From positions 1 to 29,965 of IMG/VR virus record IMGVR_UViG_3300044846_001141: DNA of 29,965 nt; one strand, given 5' to 3'. Below, piece after piece: positions 16,604-25,123 of the stretch. Source of the DNA: a virus. Its lineage: Duplodnaviria; Caudoviricetes. Numbering within the stretch: position 1 is the stretch's first letter; each line of letters begins with the position of its first letter. The position numbers and the translations under genes are program-made. Below the pieces are notes generated by a model, which was not told the origin of the DNA, did no database searches, and saw only the letters and a program-made list of their open reading frames with translations.

Positions 16604-18926
16604 CTTGTATGATTGTAATTATGTCTAAATTATTACTAACTATTGAAGCTATTTTTTCAAATCCGCTCACATTTGGTTTGACTTGAATTGTCACCGCCGT
16701 TTCGGTATAAGTAACACCCGACAACATATTGTCGTCATCACTTAATGTTGTCCAAGTCAATATTTCTTTTGATGTTGTATATACGTCAAAAATTACCGGT
16801 TGATTGTCGACACGTCTTAAACTACTATTATTGAAATTAACACTTCTAAAATCTTGAATCAATTCGAAATCACTTTCAAAAGAAATTAAATCCGTTGTAA
16901 ATTGATTGATAATATATCGTTTGTCACGAATTACAATCCTATCATTTAATTTTAAATTCAGCAATTCCAAATAAGGCAAACGCATTTTTACCTTTAACAT
17001 TCTCGATTTTAAATTGTATAAGTTATTTAGATAATCTAAATAATAATTTTGAAATAAAGAATTGTCAATTGGCTCTAAAAAATAAGAACTAATTTCAACA
17101 CCCCAGTTTAAACTATTTTTTGTCAAATCATTTGTGTCAATACAATCTTGACCAAAAATATTGAAATTCGAAACGTTTGTCGGCGCACTTCCGTTATTGA
17201 TAAATAATGTTCCGGATTTCCTTTCAGTAAAATATAAAATAATCGGCTTTGGCGCATAAGAAGTCAAATCTGATTTCAAAGCATAACCAACTTGCAAATT
17301 CGTTCCGGTGAATTTATTAAACATTATGTTTTCAAATGGTAACTTAATCGAATAATCGCTTCCGTCCGTGTTGAATGTAGAACTTAAATTTCCGTATTCC
17401 CTTGAATTTGTCGTGAAAAATTGTCTACTTAAAAGATTCTCGCTTTTTTCATATTCAAAATTTATTTTCTTATATGGTTTAATCCTTTCAAAATTCAAAT
17501 CAGTTGTTGTGTATTCGGTGAAATCTTTTATTCCGCCTAAATAATACCAATTTTCCAATTGCTCAATTGTGAAATTTGTTCCGTCGGTACTGAATGCGGT
17601 TAAATTAAACATTTTCAATATTCCGCTAAAGAAATCGGATAATTTAATATCCGGCATATAATTTAATAAATTAATATTAGAATTTAAACTCCCACTACTT
17701 GAACCTAAAGTAATTGTTGGGGTAGTTGTAGAGGGCGGATTAACATACCTGACTCTTGTATATGAAAACGAATAAGTATAAGTATAAGTTGTCGCTTGAA
17801 ATGCTTCAACAAAAAACGTATAAGCACCCCCTAAAAATGATGCGGGAATATTTGTAATTGATTGACTTGCATTAAATTGTAAAGTAGTAAATAAATTTCC
17901 GTCTTGGTATATAAAAACCCTATGATTTGTAATTGTAGGAAAGTTTATTACTATTCTAAAATTAGAATTCATTGCTAACAAACCACTACCAATTCCAACC
18001 TGTCGACTATTAACTAAATTATATGTGTTGTTTTCAATATTAAAAACTTGCGGTAAATAAGTATTGTTATTATTGAATAAAAGTTGCTTTCTTTGTGTTG
18101 TTGATACAAAATTTGTCGCGTCGTTGCCCTTCAACCACAAATAAGCTTTGCTGAATTTTTGTTGTTGTAAAAAAGTACCGCTGAAATTCAAATTGTATTT
18201 GTCCGCAATAGCGTCAAATATTTTTGAAACTTTCAAAGCCGGAAATAATTCGTCAAAATTAATTGCCCCGGCACTTGTTGAAATATCACTTGTTCCACCG
18301 CCACCATATTGCCAAACTCGGTTTGAAGTAATAAGCGGAAACATTACATTGCCAGGCGTTGCCGTACTGACTAAATTTCTAACATTCGTTCCGCTGTAAG
18401 CAATAGTATAATCATTTATTTCTTGAACGTCTTTAAGTTTGTCCTCGCCAAATTTATCGGTCAAAGATTTTAATTCACCATAAAAAGTGATTTTGTAATC
18501 TTCAACCTTATTGTCTTTGATTGTTGCCGATTCCAATTGCCATTTTCCACTTCTAAAAGTTTGCGTGTCAATTTCAATGTAACCCGAATATCTTATTCGT
18601 TGGTCGAATCCGTCGTTCAAACTATTTTCGTACCAATGACGAAAAATTTGATTATTGTTTTGACTTGCCGGAATTGTAAATGATTGCGAATAGTCGGTAA
18701 ATACTTTTGAAATATCGTTCACGTTTTGAATAGACGATGTCAAAGAAATTTTTTCGTCTTTGAATAAATCTATTTTCTTCGCCGTTCTCGCTAAAACCCT
18801 TTCAGAAGTTTGAGTTTGATCCGCAGTGATTTCAGTCGAATCACAACTTATCAAAGTAGTATCGCAAGTCAAAGGCGTGTCTTCAAAAATAATTGAATCC
18901 GTATATATAAATAAATTAACTTGCAT
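16596..18926 (-). CDS. Large tail tip/baseplate hub-like protein
   Basis: 776 aa in the tail module, with an Asn/Thr-rich central insertion; function inferred from position and size. Confidence 0.65.
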   Translation of the reverse strand: MQVNLFIYTDSIIFEDTPLTCDTTLISCDSTEITADQTQTSERVLARTAKKIDLFKDEKISLTSSIQNVNDISKVFTDYSQSFTIPASQNNNQIFRHWYENSLNDGFDQRIRYSGYIEIDTQTFRSGKWQLESATIKDNKVEDYKITFYGELKSLTDKFGEDKLKDVQEINDYTIAYSGTNVRNLVSTATPGNVMFPLITSNRVWQYGGGGTSDISTSAGAINFDELFPALKVSKIFDAIADKYNLNFSGTFLQQQKFSKAYLWLKGNDATNFVSTTQRKQLLFNNNNTYLPQVFNIENNTYNLVNSRQVGIGSGLLAMNSNFRIVINFPTITNHRVFIYQDGNLFTTLQFNASQSITNIPASFLGGAYTFFVEAFQATTYTYTYSFSYTRVRYVNPPSTTTPTITLGSSSGSLNSNINLLNYMPDIKLSDFFSGILKMFNLTAFSTDGTNFTIEQLENWYYLGGIKDFTEYTTTDLNFERIKPYKKINFEYEKSENLLSRQFFTTNSREYGNLSSTFNTDGSDYSIKLPFENIMFNKFTGTNLQVGYALKSDLTSYAPKPIILYFTERKSGTLFINNGSAPTNVSNFNIFGQDCIDTNDLTKNSLNWGVEISSYFLEPIDNSLFQNYYLDYLNNLYNLKSRMLKVKMRLPYLELLNLKLNDRIVIRDKRYIINQFTTDLISFESDFELIQDFRSVNFNNSSLRRVDNQPVIFDVYTTSKEILTWTTLSDDDNMLSGVTYTETAVTIQVKPNVSGFEKIASIVSNNLDIITIIQDA

Positions 18927-19927
18927 TAAATTACGTCATTTATTAAATTAAAATTATACTCAAAATTAATTGTGTAATTTATATTTTTTTCCTTCAATTG
19001 TGTTTTGTAATCAGCCGAATTTGATTTGCAAAAAACCGGAATATTGTCAAGCAATATTGTTTCTGACATTAACAAGTCTTGAATCAATTCAAAATAATTT
19101 TGGTCAACCCAACCCGTATTGCAAGTTATTTTTTGCGTTCCATTAAAATTGAAACTTTTATTCACGCCAATTAATGAATTATAATTCAATGATTGTGGCA
19201 TTAAATTATAAGTTTTAGAATTCACGTCAATTGATTGTTGATTCGCTTTAAAGAATGTCAAGAATTGCCACCCGCCAAAACGATTGATAAAACTGCAAGT
19301 GATTGGCGTATATTTTGCCTCGCATAATTGCTCGGTATTAATATTAAAAATTGTTTCACCGCCTACATATTCCAAAGTATATATATCGTAATCAAATGGT
19401 AATTTCCAAAGACCCTCGCTTGAAGGCGTAAATGATTCGCTTCCATTGTTAGAATACCAAACAAAGTCAGTATTTTCTTCAATCCAAACATTGATATAAT
19501 TAAAACCTAAAAATGTAGTGAATTTAATATCAGGATTCACCAACGGAACAATTGTTTCTTCCGTGCTTTGATTGTAACCGCCAATGTAATTATTATATCC
19601 GTTCAAACAAATAAAAGTTTCGTCATTTATTTCTACATTATCAGAATAAGAAACTACTCGAATGTAGCACCAATTTTTTACGTTGTCTTCCGTAGGTACT
19701 GAAACCAATATTGGTGAAATAGGTTTGATAAATTCCTTTGCAAAGTTTGAAATGTTCCAAGACAAATTTGTTTGATATTGACTTGGGATTTGTTTTTCCA
19801 ATGTATAAGACGGAGTTGTTGGCATTGATGTTCCTTTGTTCCAAAGATACAATTCAATTTTTCCGCTTGTTTGACCCACTTCGTTTATTTCTATGAAATA
19901 AGGTGAACGCACAAATATTTTTTTCAT
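18926..19927 (-). CDS. Tail protein (distal-tail-like)
   Basis: 333 aa, FINRFGGW and NTGWV motifs; translationally coupled to both neighbours. Confidence 0.55.
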   Translation of the reverse strand: MKKIFVRSPYFIEINEVGQTSGKIELYLWNKGTSMPTTPSYTLEKQIPSQYQTNLSWNISNFAKEFIKPISPILVSVPTEDNVKNWCYIRVVSYSDNVEINDETFICLNGYNNYIGGYNQSTEETIVPLVNPDIKFTTFLGFNYINVWIEENTDFVWYSNNGSESFTPSSEGLWKLPFDYDIYTLEYVGGETIFNINTEQLCEAKYTPITCSFINRFGGWQFLTFFKANQQSIDVNSKTYNLMPQSLNYNSLIGVNKSFNFNGTQKITCNTGWVDQNYFELIQDLLMSETILLDNIPVFCKSNSADYKTQLKEKNINYTINFEYNFNLINDVI

Positions 19928-20478
19928 TATTCTATTTCTTTAATTAAAAATTTATCAAAGTCCTTGCCGTATGCTTCCAAAATTTCGTCCGGCAATTTCT
20001 TGAACGCTTCGTCAAATGGTTTGCTAAAAAATTCAGTAGCAGTCAAACCTCGATTATAAATTGCACTCGAAATCATTGACACCATTTGTTTGCGGTTTAT
20101 GAATTTACCTTTTTTGTCACGAACATTCGCCAATCCTTTACGAACAACCCACTTATCAATTGAATTTCGAAGTCCGCCTTTTTTACCCGTTCCACTTCCA
20201 AATTGATACGGCGAATTCGGTGCTTTCGCGCTTGACGTTTTTCCTTTTACCCCTTTGTCAACAAATTTCCAATAATCCTCGGCAAAGAAATCAAATTCAA
20301 CCGAATTTGGATTCACTTTCAATTCGTAATCCAATGAATCAGTAAGTTTGCCCGACGAATTATAAGAGCCGTATTTTCCGCCGGACTTTAAATTCGATTT
20401 TGCTTTTTCAATTACATAATCGCCAAACTCTTTGAACGTTTTTTCGACTTCTTGTTGATCCATATTAATCGCAAACAA
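19927..20478 (-). CDS. Tail completion/neck protein (HK97 gp10-like)
   Basis: Basic; SGKLTDSL, YWKFVDKG and FFSKPF patterns. The true start is probably MDQQEV at 20463. Confidence 0.6.
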   Translation of the reverse strand: MFAINMDQQEVEKTFKEFGDYVIEKAKSNLKSGGKYGSYNSSGKLTDSLDYELKVNPNSVEFDFFAEDYWKFVDKGVKGKTSSAKAPNSPYQFGSGTGKKGGLRNSIDKWVVRKGLANVRDKKGKFINRKQMVSMISSAIYNRGLTATEFFSKPFDEAFKKLPDEILEAYGKDFDKFLIKEIE

Positions 20479-20920
20479 TTACTTCATTCTTAATTCCAAG
20501 CGTCAATGTTGTTTGCCACCCGTCCAACTGATTTGAAAATTGCAATAGTATAGGAATTAAATTCGGCTCATTCAATAAATCAACGTCATAATCATTATAT
20601 TGCAACCTTAACTTTGTTATTAAGTGATTCAAAATCGCGTGGCAAGTGTTTAAGTTGTCAAGTTCATTGTCATTCCCCAAGAATTTATCACGAACGTTCG
20701 TTTTAACAACGTTTCTAATATCCAATGAAGTGATTTCAATATCGAACGCAACGTAGCCGTTTAAAACTTGCGATTGCGTAACGTTTAAATGCACCAAAGG
20801 ATAAATGTTCTTTTTATCAATATCAATCAAATCAGGCGTTCCGTGTGTGATTGTATGCACCAACGGGTTTGAATCGATTGTCGATTTTAAAAATTCTATT
20901 ATTTTATAAAATTCATTCAT
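20465..20920 (-). CDS. Putative tail terminator
   Basis: 151 aa, acidic, YPLVHL motif; adjacent to the gp10-like gene. Confidence 0.5.
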   Translation of the reverse strand: MNEFYKIIEFLKSTIDSNPLVHTITHGTPDLIDIDKKNIYPLVHLNVTQSQVLNGYVAFDIEITSLDIRNVVKTNVRDKFLGNDNELDNLNTCHAILNHLITKLRLQYNDYDVDLLNEPNLIPILLQFSNQLDGWQTTLTLGIKNEVIVCD

Positions 20921-21182
20921 TCTTTTTGAATTTATTATTTATTTGTTTCGCTTCTTCTTCTTCTTGATCCTTTAAATAAGAAAGGAAGGTAAGCGCAAAA
21001 TGTAAGTTTGTAGCTTCAACTCGTTCGATGTCAAAATAATTTCCTCGCGCAATTTTGACAATTGAGTGATACCAATTCCAGCGTTCGAAAAAACTTCCAC
21101 CGCTTCCGAATTCATTTCCGTTGTCAAGACTTGTTCCGAATAAGCTAGAATATTGTTCAGTAATTCGATTTTTAAAGTCCAA
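20913..21182 (-). CDS. -1 frame extension (gpT-like) of the tail assembly chaperone
   Basis: The ORF has only a TTG start, lying within the T9 slippery run in the -1 frame of 20972..21664. Its stop overlaps the next ATG region. Confidence 0.7.
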   Translation of the reverse strand: MDFKNRITEQYSSLFGTSLDNGNEFGSGGSFFERWNWYHSIVKIARGNYFDIERVEATNLHFALTFLSYLKDQEEEEAKQINNKFKKNE

Positions 21183-21664
21183 AAAAAAAGCACCGCACCA
21201 ACTACGCAGTCCATTCGAATTTCAAAAAATTCTTCGGCATACTTCTCGCCCTCAAATTCGCCAATGTCATAGAATTGACCAAATCGTTTTGTGATTGGTC
21301 GATACATTGCCGAAGCTAATTTCGCCCAGTTTTCCTCACTACCTAAATGCGAATCGATAAAAGCAAATGTCCCGATTGATTCTTCGTCAAAGTTCGGAAC
21401 AAATCCATAATTCACACCATTTAATTTGAACGTTCTAACAAGTGCCGGTTTTTGTTTTAATACTTCCGACAAGTGTTGCACAATTTCCGCAAAATCATAA
21501 GCCGGTATTTTCATAACGTCTTCGATTTTTAATTTGCAGAAAATTGAAACCATTTGAATTGCAATAAACGTTTCGTCTTCTTGGTTGTCTTGTAACACTT
21601 TTGAATAACGTAAGTATTGCGACAACTTAATTTCAGACAAATCACTTGGAATTGTAATCTTCAT
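20972..21664 (-). CDS. Putative tail assembly chaperone (gpG-like)
   Basis: 230 aa, acidic and helical; contains CTT TTT TTT TGG at codons 159-162. Confidence 0.65.
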   Translation of the reverse strand: MKITIPSDLSEIKLSQYLRYSKVLQDNQEDETFIAIQMVSIFCKLKIEDVMKIPAYDFAEIVQHLSEVLKQKPALVRTFKLNGVNYGFVPNFDEESIGTFAFIDSHLGSEENWAKLASAMYRPITKRFGQFYDIGEFEGEKYAEEFFEIRMDCVVGAVLFFWTLKIELLNNILAYSEQVLTTEMNSEAVEVFSNAGIGITQLSKLREEIILTSNELKLQTYILRLPSFLI

Positions 21665-21724
21665 AAATATACCATTTATAATATAACAACAAAAAGACGT
21701 TTTGTTTGAACTTATTTTTTATTC

Positions 21725-21749
21725 CTTATTTAGAATCATTCTAAATAAG
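21725..21749. promoter_or_regulatory. Perfect 12-1-12 palindrome, Fur-box-like operator
   Basis: CTTATTTAGAAT-C-ATTCTAAATAAG, about 60 bp upstream of the first tail gene. Confidence 0.7.
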
Positions 21750-21807
21750 CATTTATTTATATTATTCTTTATTGTTTTTTTTCCCACGTTAGAAAATTAA
21801 TATAAAA

Positions 21808-22067
21808 GCGTGACGCAAATGTGTTAATAAAAGACGCAAATTGTTAATAACAGACGCAAATCAATATCTTTAAAAATTTGCGTCATGTTTTTTTGGGTAC
21901 TTTTTCAAAGTTAATGTGTTGGATTTTAATAACTTACAAAATTAATAAACTTCTAATTAGACGGAAAGACGCAAAAGTTTCACTTTTTCGAGGGGAGTGT
22001 GTTTTTATTTTAATACTAGAGTGTACATATAGGATTCCGTCTTTGTGTCTTCGTCACAACGTCACGC
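21808..22067. repeat. Iteron cluster B / candidate replication origin
   Basis: GACGCAAA at 21812, 21833, 21853 and 21968, an inverted copy at 21877, degenerate inverted copies at about 22035-22067, and an AT-rich stretch at 21885-21955. Confidence 0.7.
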
Positions 22068-22100
22068 AAAAAAAAACACCCACTTAAAAAGTGAGTGCTT
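22068..22100 (-). terminator. Rho-independent terminator downstream of terL
   Basis: AAGCACTCACTT-TTT-AAGTGGGTGTT plus a T run; the G-U pairs form only on the minus strand. Confidence 0.85.
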
Positions 22101-22150
22101 CCTTGCTAAAAACTAAAAACTAATTAAATGAAAAGCGTATGGGTACTTTG

Positions 22151-22158
22151 CAAATATA
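22151..22158 (-). promoter_or_regulatory. Bacteroidota -7 promoter element TATATTTG
   Basis: Exact TAnnTTTG match just after the terL stop; the -33 element is only approximate. Confidence 0.45.
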
Positions 22159-22167
22159 TAAAATAAT

Positions 22168-23331
22168 TTATGTAACGCGAAATTTTTTATTAATTATTTT
22201 AAAATGGCTCATTGCAAAATATCGCAATGCGTCAATTGCGTGATTCATTTCGTCAATTGGTTTGTTCAATCGTTTTCCCGTTTTGTCCGTGTCCCAGGAA
22301 TAAGCGCGGAATTCTTTTATTAAATTGGTGCTTGACTTTGTTACAAGGATTTCCTTTTCTTGAAGTATCGCAATCCCAAATGAAATTGAATCCTTGCCTT
22401 TTACAACGGGTTTGATATTGAATCCCGCACGTCGTATTTCTTCAATTGATTTCGGCTCGGCTGAATCGGCATAAATTGGAAATCGTTTGTCTTGTTCCAT
22501 TTTGCGAATGATGTCCGAGTTCAAAAGTCCGGTTGTGTAAATTTGTTCGTGAACAATGATTTGGTTATTATATTCATAAACCGCAACAAGTGCCGTCGGA
22601 TCGTTTGTGAAACCAAAGTCAAGACCGCACCCAATAAAGTTTGCCTCACTTGGTATCGTGTCAATGATTTTCCAATTTGAAAACACCACACCTTCAAGCG
22701 ACCCAATTTGACCAAGTCCATAAACTTGCCACCAGTTTGCCCAATAAGAAGAAGTCTTTGCTTTCTCTTTGGCTTTCTCAATTTCGCGAACGATTGCTGG
22801 GTCAAGTGCTTCATTGTCCTTGTATGTCAATATAACAAAATCCGAATCGATGTCGTTCATTAGTTCGCTATGCACCCAAAATTCGCTTGTTGGGTTGTAG
22901 TCTAAATAAATAAATTTCTTTGTACGGACTGCGAGTTGTTGGTATGATTCAAAGTCGATATTGTTGCACTCATTTACAAATAAAATGTCACGACGCGCAC
23001 CCCTCAATTTATCGGGTTGATCAACTGAAAAGAATTCAATAAAACTTCCGTTCTTGAATCTATACTTCAAATCGGATTTGTTGAATTGTTCGTCGCGGTA
23101 CAAATCGCAAAGAATCATAATCTTTTGAAAGTCTTTTATTGCACCACGTTTCAAATGCGGGATTGATTCCGACACAATCGAAATTTCTGACATTGGATTT
23201 TCAATCGCATACGAAATCAACAAGGGAACAATCGAAAACGTTTTCGAACTTGACGTTCCGCCTTGAACGATTCGAATTCGCTTTCGTAACCTTGCGATTT
23301 TACTTTGTGCCGTCGTCTTCTGAAATGACAT
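22168..23331 (-). CDS. terL: Terminase large subunit (PBSX-like)
   Basis: QGGTSSSKT Walker A, LFVNE Walker B, DYNP coupling motif, GLDFG..DPTA and NHAIDALRY nuclease motifs. Confidence 0.95.
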   Translation of the reverse strand: MSFQKTTAQSKIARLRKRIRIVQGGTSSSKTFSIVPLLISYAIENPMSEISIVSESIPHLKRGAIKDFQKIMILCDLYRDEQFNKSDLKYRFKNGSFIEFFSVDQPDKLRGARRDILFVNECNNIDFESYQQLAVRTKKFIYLDYNPTSEFWVHSELMNDIDSDFVILTYKDNEALDPAIVREIEKAKEKAKTSSYWANWWQVYGLGQIGSLEGVVFSNWKIIDTIPSEANFIGCGLDFGFTNDPTALVAVYEYNNQIIVHEQIYTTGLLNSDIIRKMEQDKRFPIYADSAEPKSIEEIRRAGFNIKPVVKGKDSISFGIAILQEKEILVTKSSTNLIKEFRAYSWDTDKTGKRLNKPIDEMNHAIDALRYFAMSHFKIINKKFRVT

Positions 23332-23623
23332 TTAAATCGAGTTGTTTAAAAATTGGTTTTTCAATATTGAAGTTCACGTCGGATTCAATCTTTTTAGGAA
23401 TAAAATATTGCGCATATTTCGCAAACAAATCCAAATACTTCGCCGGATCTTTTTCAAGAACGTCGGCGAATGCTTGGTGAACGTTTGGAACTTGCGCTTC
23501 AAGTGTCATAATAAACAATTCACGCGCTTCGAGTGTGAGTGCGTGTGTGACACCTTTCGGCTTAAATCCTTTGTGGCCTTTTTGAAATCCTTTGACCTTT
23601 TCGACTTGAATTTCGTCTTGCAT
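23300..23623 (-). CDS. terS: Putative terminase small subunit
   Basis: 107 aa overlapping the terL start; FQKGHKGFKPKG N-terminal motif. Confidence 0.65.
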   Translation of the reverse strand: MQDEIQVEKVKGFQKGHKGFKPKGVTHALTLEARELFIMTLEAQVPNVHQAFADVLEKDPAKYLDLFAKYAQYFIPKKIESDVNFNIEKPIFKQLDLNVISEDDGTK

Positions 23624-23636
23624 AAAATAAATATAA

Positions 23637-24065
23637 TTATATTAATACACCCTTTGAATTTGTCTTTTCGTTTATTTTATCGACTTGCTTTTTATTGTTG
23701 TCGTAATGCGTTGCAACTTTGTACTTTTGAACGAACGACCATTTGTCGCGACCATTTGTGTAAAAGATTTTATCAATACCTAAATCCTTTGCCGTTGATT
23801 CAATGTCGGAATTATCGTCGTTTGAATTTCGTGCCGTTATGATAATTACTTCAACCCCTTTTGAAATCATTTCTTTTGCAAGTTGTTTTCCTTTGTCGGT
23901 TGATAGTGTGCCGTCGTAATCGAATGAAATCACTTCGGACGCAAGTTTGGTTTGACAAACTGCGAATCGTTGTGCTTCGTCCGGAAATTCGCTTTTCATT
24001 TCTTCGTCTGACATACAACGTGAAATGAAATCTTCTTCGTTTTCGTTTTGGTTACGAGTTGGCAT
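23637..24065 (-). CDS. HAD-superfamily phosphatase with a small N-terminal helical domain
   Basis: ISFDYDGTL (DxD motif I), IITAR (motif II), K, HYDNN (motif IV). N-terminal E.DFISRCM...EFPD..QRFAVC. Confidence 0.75.
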   Translation of the reverse strand: MPTRNQNENEEDFISRCMSDEEMKSEFPDEAQRFAVCQTKLASEVISFDYDGTLSTDKGKQLAKEMISKGVEVIIITARNSNDDNSDIESTAKDLGIDKIFYTNGRDKWSFVQKYKVATHYDNNKKQVDKINEKTNSKGVLI

Positions 24066-24474
24066 ATAATTTATTTAAATCTTTGATAATTGCTTTATGA
24101 ATGCCGGAACAATTTTCGCAAATGTCAATTGTGATTCCGAAATATTCAGCATAAAGCGAATTTAAAAACGGAACAAATTTTGTGATGTCGGTCACGCGGT
24201 TTTCTAAAACACGATTTCCGCATTCTTCCAAAAACAAAATGAATTCTTGTTTGTGTTCTTCGGTCATTAATTTTGTAACACGTTTGAACGGGAACAAACG
24301 ATTCAATAAGAATTTGCGTTCGCTACATTCAACGCAATCGCCAACAATTGCTTTGATTCCAGTTGCTTCGGTTACTTTCTCAATAATGTCGCCAAGACCT
24401 TCGATTGATTTTTTCTTATACGATCTTTTTACGGAAGGTTGAGTTCCTTCAACTTTTTTTGTACGTTTTGCCAT
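24052..24474 (-). CDS. Hypothetical protein with two CxxC motifs
   Basis: GLGDIIEKVTEATGIK...CVEC...CENC. Confidence 0.75.
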   Translation of the reverse strand: MAKRTKKVEGTQPSVKRSYKKKSIEGLGDIIEKVTEATGIKAIVGDCVECSERKFLLNRLFPFKRVTKLMTEEHKQEFILFLEECGNRVLENRVTDITKFVPFLNSLYAEYFGITIDICENCSGIHKAIIKDLNKLYANS

Positions 24475-24917
24475 AATTTTAATTTTATTTTTTTTGTTGT
24501 GTTGTGAATGGTTTGTATATGGATTCCGGTTTGACGTGACAACCCGCGTTGTCCGTATTCGGAAGTTAAATCAATTATTTGTTTTTCATACCAAGTTAGT
24601 TTTTCGTATTCCTTTTGAAGTGTTTCGATTGTGACTTGTTCTTTAATATCGTTTATAATATTGTATTCTTCGTCAATTTCGTTCAATATAGCAATATCAA
24701 CGTCAACGAATCGTTTGTCTTCTTTTATTTCATTTAGGAATTGATTTCGCATAATGAAATAAATATAGCATTCGTTTATTTCTTCAATTTCTTTTCCGGA
24801 GTTGTAAATTTTTATATACATATCCTGGACAAGATCTTTTGAATATTCTTTATTTTTACAAATATTGAACGCGAGTTTCAACCATTCGTTGTGCCGTTGT
24901 GCTAATTGTTCGAGCAT
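24429..24917 (-). CDS. ECF-like sigma-70 family factor (late transcription activator candidate)
   Basis: SKDLVQDMYIK (region 2), YIYFIMRNQF, and a C-terminal HTH (QRGLSRQTGIHIQTIHNT); upstream of the packaging genes. Confidence 0.75.
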   Translation of the reverse strand: MLEQLAQRHNEWLKLAFNICKNKEYSKDLVQDMYIKIYNSGKEIEEINECYIYFIMRNQFLNEIKEDKRFVDVDIAILNEIDEEYNIINDIKEQVTIETLQKEYEKLTWYEKQIIDLTSEYGQRGLSRQTGIHIQTIHNTTKKIKLKLWQNVQKKLKELNLP

Positions 24918-25123
24918 AATTTATCGGTTATTTCTTTTAATTTTCTTCGATGCCAAATTGTGTCACGTCCTTTGGTATGATTTCGAATTGTGTCGTGTGC
25001 GTCAATTGCTTTGTAGGAATCGCCAAACGATGTCCCTACGATTTCAAGATCCATTCCGTCAATAGTGAATTTTGTTTTATTAACTGATCCGTCTTGGTTA
25101 ATTACTGCGTTTGTTCTATTCAT
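24902..25123 (-). CDS. Hypothetical protein
   Basis: ORF track 24902..25132; likely ATG at 25123. Confidence 0.65.
   Translation of the reverse strand: MNRTNAVINQDGSVNKTKFTIDGMDLEIVGTSFGDSYKAIDAHDTIRNHTKGRDTIWHRRKLKEITDKLCSNN

Noticed and set aside
21812-21860. CRISPR-like mini-array
   Set aside because: The units are 20-21 bp tandem near-copies with no unique spacers, and there are no cas genes.
21878-22087. 69-aa plus-strand ORF in the control region
   Set aside because: It has a TTG start inside an iteron and runs through repeats and a terminator; non-coding function explains the region better.
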